NCBI GenBank assembly: GCA_030167865.1
Contig: JALAGF010004138.1
Span: 1-44,740 of the forward strand
Direction: 5' to 3'
DNA from: Craspedostauros australis
Lineage: Eukaryota
Length of the DNA: 44,740 nt
A program made the translations under genes and the position numbers. The notes beneath the pieces were generated by a model. That model did not search any database, was not told where the DNA came from, and saw nothing but the letters and a program-made list of their open reading frames with translations. Positions 20,671 through 29,100 of the stretch are shown one piece after another (positions within the stretch are counted from its first letter, which is position 1; each line of letters starts with the position of its first letter).

Positions 20671-22458
20671 TTACGTACGGGTATGTTCCGTACCACCGTC
20701 GGGCTTGCTGCCTTCGTTTCCCGCCGTCTTTTGTGTTTCAGCCACTGCGAGTACTTCGCGTTCCATGAACTGCAACATCTCAAGAGCGGACGCGCGTTTC
20801 TCGACATCTTGGCGCCACGCCATTTTCATCGCGTCCAACAGGATCCGTGTGAAGGGATCTGTTGTGTTGGTGTACTGTTCCGGGATCTTGGGTCGTCCTC
20901 CCTTGCTGACGCTCTTCGCAACGTCGTTGCTGCTCATGCCTTCGATGTCAAAGGGCCACAATCCCGTTAATATGCAGTACAATACATTGCCCAAGCTGTA
21001 GACATCGATCTTCTCGGTTTCCTTGTGCGGTTCGATGTACTCCTCCGGCGCACGGAAGCGACCCGGATTGTTGCCGATTCTGAAAGGGCAGGTCTTGCCT
21101 GTTTCGCGGTTGATCGTGATGAACCGCGCTCGGTTGAAGTCGTTGAGCTTGTAAATGCGACGTTGCTGCACCCAAACGAACTGCGCGGTCGTGATGTCGG
21201 TGTGCGCCATGCTGGGCACACCTTCTTGATCGATGTTGTGCATGGCGACCAATCCCAAGGTTGCCTGACGCGCGTATTTGAGACGATCTCGAGTGGACCA
21301 ATTGTCGTATTCATCTTTTCTGTACTGAAAGATGGCGTCGTAGAGGCTGCCGCCATTGGCGAATTCGAACAGACCGGAGTTGCCACAGAATGCGTAAATG
21401 TCCATGATGTGCTCGGATTTGGTGAGGCGTTCCATGGCGAGGGCGTCACGACGATGGCGATCGTAGTTGCGATCAGTGTAATCGTGTTCATATCGCATGA
21501 CCTTGAGGACGGATCGCCCGTGATAGTCGTCCAAGTCTCGAGCATCCGCCTGGACGCGCCACACGTCTCTCCAATAGCCATTCGCCAAGTACCTGATGGG
21601 CCAATTGTGACTGTCATCGTCATCGACCATGACCTGCGTGAGATCCTGCTCCATGACCATGTTGCAGGTGGGGATGGAATGCTTCTGCCATTCATGCTGC
21701 AATTCGCAATCCTCGGTCTCGACGGCATCCTGCATGCTCCACCAGTAATCGTCTGAGTCTGCCAAAGCCTTCTGTGCCTTGCGCGCTTCCTTAGTGTCGG
21801 GGAATCCGTGGAAGGAGATGCGGCGGAAGACAGCAGGGCGACGGATGAGGTTGGGATCGATCGGCTCAGCCCCGGTGATGACCGAGGTTACATTTGACAC
21901 CGTCGGCGCATTGAAGTACATGCCCACAACACGTGGTCGCTGCAGCGGCGTGTACGCATTCACATGCGAACCGCCCTGTTGCTTTGGTTGGGTCAGTGTG
22001 GGTCGATAGCGCCGGTCGGGCTTCACGGACCGCTGCAGTGGTTGGAAGAACTGCCTCGGTTGGTTGAAGGATCGATCCCTGACGGCGGTCTCGGTTTGAT
22101 ACAGTTCAGTGGCCGGTATCAGCCCGAAGTTGTTTCTGTGATGCCGATCCCGCCCTTGGATGGTCTCCGACGTCGTCCATCTGCTCAGGAGGATGAGCCA
22201 GGTTGCGCAGAGCAACAATGTGACCAGCCAGACGGACCGAAGCAAAGATGATCGTTTCCGCGGTCGTTTTTGCGGATGTCGATTCCTGGACTTCGCACCG
22301 GAGATGGCATCATCGTTGGCGGATCCAGCAGGGAGATCTCTGTTGCCATTGTCACTGCCGTTGTCTGTCCCACGCGAGTACTCGTAGTGCAGCCCTCGTT
22401 GACTGCGCGTCCCATCGCTGCTGGCGCCCGTCGCTTGTCTGTGTTTCAAAGTCTCCAT
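20671..22458 (-). CDS. Type II membrane protein kinase, PKDCC/VLK-POMK-like (luminal kinase domain), paralog 1
   Basis: ATG at 22458. A basic patch precedes a TM helix (SVWLVTLLLCATWLILLSRW). Kinase motifs: LANGYWRDVW, VLK, MERL, HTDITTAQF, KLNDFN, FRAPEEY, KIDVYSLG, W...KRASA. Confidence 0.88.
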   Translation of the reverse strand: METLKHRQATGASSDGTRSQRGLHYEYSRGTDNGSDNGNRDLPAGSANDDAISGAKSRNRHPQKRPRKRSSLLRSVWLVTLLLCATWLILLSRWTTSETIQGRDRHHRNNFGLIPATELYQTETAVRDRSFNQPRQFFQPLQRSVKPDRRYRPTLTQPKQQGGSHVNAYTPLQRPRVVGMYFNAPTVSNVTSVITGAEPIDPNLIRRPAVFRRISFHGFPDTKEARKAQKALADSDDYWWSMQDAVETEDCELQHEWQKHSIPTCNMVMEQDLTQVMVDDDDSHNWPIRYLANGYWRDVWRVQADARDLDDYHGRSVLKVMRYEHDYTDRNYDRHRRDALAMERLTKSEHIMDIYAFCGNSGLFEFANGGSLYDAIFQYRKDEYDNWSTRDRLKYARQATLGLVAMHNIDQEGVPSMAHTDITTAQFVWVQQRRIYKLNDFNRARFITINRETGKTCPFRIGNNPGRFRAPEEYIEPHKETEKIDVYSLGNVLYCILTGLWPFDIEGMSSNDVAKSVSKGGRPKIPEQYTNTTDPFTRILLDAMKMAWRQDVEKRASALEMLQFMEREVLAVAETQKTAGNEGSKPDGGTEHTRT

Positions 22459-23435
22459 GGTCGCTCGTCTTGCCTTGCACCACTCAACCTGATTGATATG
22501 TAGAGTATGTGCACAATGCTGATAGAAAGGTGGGATCGATGGATGAATGTAAAGCTGGCTGAACACAACGGGGACAGACCGAGAAGCGCTACTCTATCCT
22601 GCTTCTCTGTCTTCTCAGACTCGTGCTCGCACTTGTATTGAGACTGTTATGCGTCGTATGAATACACTAACGAGACGGATGCGCTCCAGTATGACGTCGC
22701 TTCCGCAAGCTTATTAGAATGGTGTGGCGCTCGTACTCCAACCTGCGACCCCCGCAAAGAGCGAAAGAGAGAGAGAGAGTTCGGTGTGGTTTGGTAAGAC
22801 TGCCGAAAGGAGACGCGGCTTCTGCTCACCTTTCTCCATCCACACGTCACAACAACGCGCTCTCTGTGCTCGTGCCCAACGGATCAGTTAGCTGGTCACA
22901 TTTTTTGGTGTCATGCCATTCCTCCACAATTTGGCACGTGCCGACGGACAATCAGCACAGAGATCCACGGTATTCAGCACACTCTCTTGTCCTCACGGAG
23001 CAGCAGGCTTGAAGTTTGCACAGTACTCCAGGATAAATAATCATAAATGCGTCCTCCCTCTCTCTCCGCTCTTGGGAGACTTCAACAAAGGGCGTCAAAC
23101 AGATGTGCTATTCTGGAGCCGAATCGACTGGAGCGCAGCACTTGTAGCCGTATCAGTAGGTAAGTAACCGAATAGTGATTGGATGAGAGTGCAGAGCGGA
23201 GCCCTCGCAAAAGCACGACGACCAACACGAAATCCTCTAATGTCTCTCTCTGGGGAGACAGAGAGAGCGCGAGTTGATCATCCCACTGTTTTACACTTTA
23301 GTCCTGGAACGACTGCTAACTCAATCTCCAGATCAATCAAATTCCGCAATCTATCGTATAATAGTCTACAAGTACGTAATCTATCAGCCCTTCACTCCTT
23401 CACTCCATCAGTCAACCAATTGACGCCGTGGTTGC

Positions 23436-25352
23436 CTACCTCTCTCCCTTGGCTGCGACGCCTAGCTTCTTCAAGGACTTATCCAAATGGTCGACCACTT
23501 CTGTGGCCGACGATCGCTCCTTGGGATCCTGTCGCCAGCACATGTTTATGGCCTTGACCAGCGCCTGTAGGAATGGATCCGTCGACTCTAGTAGCTCCTT
23601 CGATATGTGCGGCCGCCCTCCCTTGCGCACTTCTTCCTGCGCATCGTCCTCGCTGAGCTTCTCAAACGGAAATGTCTCCGTCAGGATGATGTACAGGATG
23701 TTGCCCAAACTGAACACGTCGATCTTCTCCGTCTCCACATGCGGCTTCACGTACTCTTCCGGCGCGCGGAACTTGCCCTTGTTGCTGGCCACAGCGAAGG
23801 GACACGGTTTCCCAGTCTCGCGATCCTTCAGGATGAAACGGGCGCGATTGAAGTCATTCAGCTTGAACATCCCCAGCTTGTTCAAGTACACGAATTGCGA
23901 CGCCGAGATATCCGTGTGCGAGATGGCGGCCATGGTCTTGGAATCGGTCGTGTGCACCGCGGCAACACCCGACGCCGCCTGATGCGAAACCACCAGCCGC
24001 TCCTTGCTGCTCCATCCGCCGCCGTCTTTGCCACCGAAGATGGCATCGTCCAAGGATCCGCCGTCTGCGAATTCGAACATGCCCGAGTTGGCGCAGAATG
24101 CGTAGATGTCCATGATGTATTCGGATCCCGTCAGGCGTTCCATGGCCACAGCATCGCGACGATGACGGTCGAAGTTACGTTTGGTGTAGTCGTGCATGTA
24201 TCGTAGGGTCTTGAGGACGGAACGACCGTCGTGGCCATCATTCTCTTCGTCGGCCAAGGGGGTGATCATCCTCCAGACGTCTCGGTAGTACCCGCCAGCC
24301 AAGTATTTGATGGGATGATGGAAGGAATGATGGCGTTTGTGATGCTCTTCCGCTAGACGGCGGTGTCCGTTCGTATCGTCTTCATCGTCTTCGCCCTCAT
24401 CATCCACAATTTCCTCCAATGGATGACTGGGAACCTCCATCGGATAATTGGGCAAATGCTTGTAGTGCGGATCGAACACCAACGTCATGTCCTGCTCCAG
24501 CACGAGGTTGCACGTCGGATTGTATCCGCCCTGCCACTCGTACTGCATGGCGCACTCGTCTGTCTCGAATGGATCCGGCAGCGCCTTTTTGTACTTGCGG
24601 GAGTTGGCCAGCGTTTCCTTTTGGAATTTGCGTTGTTCCTCAGTCTCGGGAAATCCCTTGAATTTGTGATCGTGCGGCAGCTGCACGCCCTGATGATGCG
24701 TGGGATCATCGTTGGGGTCCAGCAGCTCGATCGAATGGAAGTGCGAACGCGTCGCGCTTGTGAAGTACACGGCCATGGAACGCGGGCGGCTTGGGACGTA
24801 GGTCTCGAAATCCAAGGATTCTCTGGAGATCACAAGGTCCCTGTCGATGGGTTGTGCCAGGGTGCGAACCGAGGCGTACTCAGGAAAGTGCTCGAAGGGG
24901 TTGTCCTGGCCATCGTCCTCCTGCTCGACACCGGCCCAGCTCAAAGCGGAGCCAAGGTTGGCAGCCACCGATACCGACTGCGGTCCGTGATGTCCATGAG
25001 ATGCCGAAGACGGCACAGATGGCTCGTGGCGCCCTCGATGATATGCCGCGTACTTCTGGTCAGAACCGCCAAAGATCATGTAGTAAGCATCATCCAGGGC
25101 TCCGAAGAATGCCGCTGCGATGAAGAGCAGCACCATGCATGGCCAGAAGAGTACCATGGACGGAGACTTCCTCGCAGCAGAGGAGTACTTGTTGCGTTGC
25201 TCCGCGAACTTTCTTCCTCCCACATTTGCATTCGCATTGGCGTTATTGCCCATGCTGACTTCAACGGAGGCAGAAGGTGATCCGAATGGAGCTGGAGGAT
25301 CGATGCCTGCAGGCCGAGCGCGATGGCTTGCGGCTCTTCTTTGGACCACCAT
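23436..25352 (-). CDS. Type II membrane protein kinase, PKDCC/VLK-POMK-like, tandem paralog 2
   Basis: First ATG at 25352. TM helix MVLFWPCMVLLFIAAAFFGAL. Kinase motifs: LAGGYYRDVW, VLK, MERL, HTDISASQF, KLNDFN, FRAPEEY, KIDVFSLG. Colinear similarity with paralog 1. Confidence 0.88.
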   Translation of the reverse strand: MVVQRRAASHRARPAGIDPPAPFGSPSASVEVSMGNNANANANVGGRKFAEQRNKYSSAARKSPSMVLFWPCMVLLFIAAAFFGALDDAYYMIFGGSDQKYAAYHRGRHEPSVPSSASHGHHGPQSVSVAANLGSALSWAGVEQEDDGQDNPFEHFPEYASVRTLAQPIDRDLVISRESLDFETYVPSRPRSMAVYFTSATRSHFHSIELLDPNDDPTHHQGVQLPHDHKFKGFPETEEQRKFQKETLANSRKYKKALPDPFETDECAMQYEWQGGYNPTCNLVLEQDMTLVFDPHYKHLPNYPMEVPSHPLEEIVDDEGEDDEDDTNGHRRLAEEHHKRHHSFHHPIKYLAGGYYRDVWRMITPLADEENDGHDGRSVLKTLRYMHDYTKRNFDRHRRDAVAMERLTGSEYIMDIYAFCANSGMFEFADGGSLDDAIFGGKDGGGWSSKERLVVSHQAASGVAAVHTTDSKTMAAISHTDISASQFVYLNKLGMFKLNDFNRARFILKDRETGKPCPFAVASNKGKFRAPEEYVKPHVETEKIDVFSLGNILYIILTETFPFEKLSEDDAQEEVRKGGRPHISKELLESTDPFLQALVKAINMCWRQDPKERSSATEVVDHLDKSLKKLGVAAKGER

Positions 25353-25703
25353 CTCGACAATTCGATATCTTGCGACGCAATGCTTCTTTCCACTTGACAC
25401 TTCAGGATTTGCTTGTGCTATATGTCGTTGGATGCGATCCAACAGAGTAGAGTAGGTATTATACAAAGGATCACTCCACAATACTGTGTTGGATGATGAA
25501 TGGGAGACCTTGGTCGATCATCAACCTCAGGTGCGTGGAGACGTGAGCGAAGTGTAGGCAAAAACATGCAAAACCGATCGCTTTCCCCTTTCCCTCTCTG
25601 TGGTCATTTTGTCAAGTGTTTTGGTCCGTTGACCAATTGCTTCGCGACTCAACGTCCGTGTCTCAACTTATACATGACTCGATTGGAAGAATGTCATGCT
25701 GAG

Positions 25704-25711
25704 TGACGTCA
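25704..25711. promoter_or_regulatory. CRE/bZIP-type palindrome TGACGTCA in the kinase/helicase divergent promoter
   Basis: Exact TGACGTCA between the ATGs at 25352 (-) and 26120 (+). Confidence 0.25.
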
Positions 25712-25782
25712 CAGGCGTTGCACAATATAGTCGGACACGACTGGGACACAGAAGCGACAGTCGCTTGCCACCGCTAAAAGGT

Positions 25783-25792
25783 GGCGCCAAAA
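25783..25792 (-). promoter_or_regulatory. E2F-consensus-like site (TTTTGGCGCC) upstream of the DNA-repair helicase
   Basis: ggcgccaaaa on + reads TTTTGGCGCC on -, about 330 bp upstream of the helicase ATG. Confidence 0.3.
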
Positions 25793-25907
25793 TCGGGAAC
25801 TCCACAGATTTTCGCCACAGTGATGTGCTGCGCTGCATTGTTGTGTGCGCCAACCACACCGCGCCGAGAGAAACAGATGCCTTCCTGTCCTGTCCTCCAC
25901 CCATGCT

Positions 25908-25947
25908 CACACCCACACCCACACTCACACTCACACTCACACTCACA
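25908..25947. repeat. (CACACY)n hexamer microsatellite
   Basis: cacacccacacccacactcacactcacactcacactcaca read directly. Confidence 0.85.
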
Positions 25948-26119
25948 GACATCATCGTGCATGGTAATCCATGCGAGCGCTGCACATGCGATCAGCACAA
26001 TCTTCCCGAGTAATGCTTGTACACTGCTCGAAAAGAGTTCATGCGAAAGGCAGTGTTGGACACAAACTCGCTGCGAGCAGAGAAGAGCAACAACCGAGAC
26101 ACTGTACAGAACACGGAGA

Positions 26120-29100
26120 ATGGGCGACCCCGAGGATGAAGACAGCCAGGCAAGCTGCGTTTGTCTTGGTATCCGCCCTCCTCCACCCAAGCGACAGCGT
26201 CATCGCAGTGGGGATGGTATCGATGGTATCGATGGTATCGATGGTGCTCTCGGACTGTCGTATCCTCATTCAGGGTCGAACGGCTCAGACCCCATCATCC
26301 CGAACACAATGCTGGGCATCAATGATATCAATGGCATCAATGGCATCAATGACGACAATGCCGACAACGACAGCTCCGATGACGACTTGGAGTGTATCAT
26401 TGTAGAAGACCCATCGTCGTTGTATCCATCATCCGGGCAGTCAATGCTCCCATCATCCAACCCAGCCACAGGATCAACAGCAGAAGACGCAGACGCAGAT
26501 GTAGGGATAGACGATCTGTACCCTCTGGCCTCGCAGGTGGAAGTCACGAAATCCACAATGACCAATCCCAACATCGATTACATACACAAACGTCCAGACT
26601 GCGGGGTCCACAGCTTTGACGATGATCCAAAGCTCCACTGTGCCAAATGCTACTGCGTCGTATGCGACAAGCCCGCAAGTCAATGCCAAACGTGGGAGGA
26701 GCATTGCAAAGAGAAACCAAAGACCCAGAAGACCGAACACTGGGACGAGGTGGAACTTCTGGACGCCATCAATATGTCCATGCAACAGATGAGTCAGGCG
26801 CGGCAATCACAGCACCGCCAACATCAGCTGCAGCAACAGCAACATCGACAACGGCAACAATGGCACGTGCAGGCGAACCAGAAGCAACCACCACGGCATT
26901 CGGCACCGCAGGAAGCGGGCATGGTTCGGATCAGAAGTCGTCCTTCCACAAAATCACGCGGTGGTTCCCATGACAGCGCTTTGCCTAATCCAGTCGATGA
27001 ATTCAGCAATCAGCGGTCGAACAATGAGGGGCCACCATTACCTCACAAGAGCAGGTCCAAGCGGCAACCAGCTCAGAAAAAGATCATGGAAATATTCGAC
27101 GAGAATCTCGCCCTCTTGGTCAAGGGCGACGACAACGACCCCTCCACAAAGAAAAACCAACCTGCGGAAGTCCTCCCGACGGACGGCGACATCGACTCGC
27201 TGAAGATTCACAAGTCGCTCGTCATGAACCGAATTCAAATCGGATGGCCGTATCCGAAGATGATGCAACCCCAGCGACAGATGGCGATCCACATCCTGAA
27301 AGGATTGAAGACGAAGAAGCACGTGGTGCTGGAGAGCCCGACGGGGACGGGCAAATCCGCTGCCATCTTGTGCACGGTACTGGCATGGCAGCGCCACTTC
27401 TTCCAGGTGGAGCGCAAGGAAATAGCGAAGAAACTTAGAGCCCAAAAGCAGGCACGGGCTTCGCGAGATGCAGAAGCGACGCAAATGGACATTACCGCGA
27501 ACGGAAAACCTGCTGGCGATACTGCTGCGTCGTTCCAGGCAGTGACTGACAGAGAACCAGAGCTGCCATCAATCCAGGAGCATGCAGATACGGCTGCTTC
27601 ACCCAACACGTCAAAGCCACGACCGCAGGGTTCACCGGCAGTTTCGTCACCAGGAACGCAAGAGACGGCACGCCGCCAACAATTCGGTGACAGTGACAAA
27701 GACGTGACGGAACGGTTGAATCCTGTCATCATCTACTGCTCCCGCACACATTCGCAAGTGGCACAGATGGTATCCAGCCTTCGGAAGACGCCGTACAGAC
27801 CGCGCATGACGGTCATGGGAAGTCGTGATCGTCTTTGCATCAATCGGTACGTTCCTTTCACACTATTGGCTCCTGTTCCTGTCGTCTCGCATTTTGTGCT
27901 GTGCCGTCCAGCTGTACTCGCCCAGAACATGTGTCCACACAGCTCGCTAACCTCTCTGCTACATGACTTGCATTGATTACAGAGATTTGAAGAATGGCAA
28001 CAAAAAGGGGCAAGAGTTAACGCAGGCCTGCGTTGGACGCAAAAATCGAACCGAGTCGGACCGGAAGGAGATCTGGAAAAACAAACAGCTGCTTTATGAC
28101 GACGACAACCCGAGGGCTGGGTCTATCATCAGAGCAGAGCACTCCGTGAATCGCGATATGTATGACACCGATGAAGTTGGCTATACTGGGTCAGGACAAC
28201 GTGCACCGCCGTCGTACGAAGATGATGCTGAGGATGCGGCAGACAGAAAGAGTGGCAGCAAGGACGGACCCACATGTAGCCATTTCCGACAGCTGACGAG
28301 CAAACGAACTGCCGAATTGGTGCGATCGCGTTTTGCGATGGAAGTGGAGAAGATTAGTTGCTGCTCCTTGGGCGGAGAGAAGTCGAAGGTGGGCGTGCAC
28401 GACATCGAGGATCTCGTCACATTTGGAAAGAACCCGTACCTGGAGAAGGACATTGCCTTCTACAGAGACGGCGGAAAGCTCGGCATCACCATGTCGTTCG
28501 ATGTGGACAAGAAGACTTGCGTCGTCGAGAAGGTCCAGCCACAGGGGGCAGTGCAGAAGAACTCGGTGTATGTGGAGCCAGGTGATGTCATCATCGGAGT
28601 CAACGGAACCAACACAACGGGATGGTCGTTGGACCAAACCAAGGCCAAGATATTGAATACGAAGAAAGACCCGCTAACGTTGACAATATTGCGCAAGCAA
28701 GCCGATACGACCGCTCAGCTTGGCAATGGCGAAGCTGTAAATTCGATCCAGAACCAGTCTGCGCCCAACAGCATCGATCTCTCTGAAGCGTACTCGGATC
28801 ACGCGCCGTGTCCATACTACGTATCCCGAGGACTCATACCCCACGCCGAACTTATCTTTGCCCCGTACAACTACCTCCTGGATCCAGTAATTCGCAAACG
28901 ATCTGCTGTCAGCTTGCCGGGAAACGTCGTCGTCCTGGACGAAGCGCACAACATCGAAGACTTGCTCTGCGAAAGCGGCAGCGGAGAATTCGGCGAAATC
29001 GAACTGTGCGGATTGGTCCGTTTCTTATCGTTCCACGCAAACAAGGCGAGCGCGGGCAGAGCTTTCGTTACCGGTATTCGCAATGCTGGACCTGGGCAGA

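Noticed and set aside
26213-26353. 9-bp tandem repeats (GATGGTATC, GGCATCAAT) in the helicase 5' region
   Set aside because: Ordinary in-frame coding slippage repeats (DGI, GIN) in a disordered segment. Not a CRISPR or mobile feature.
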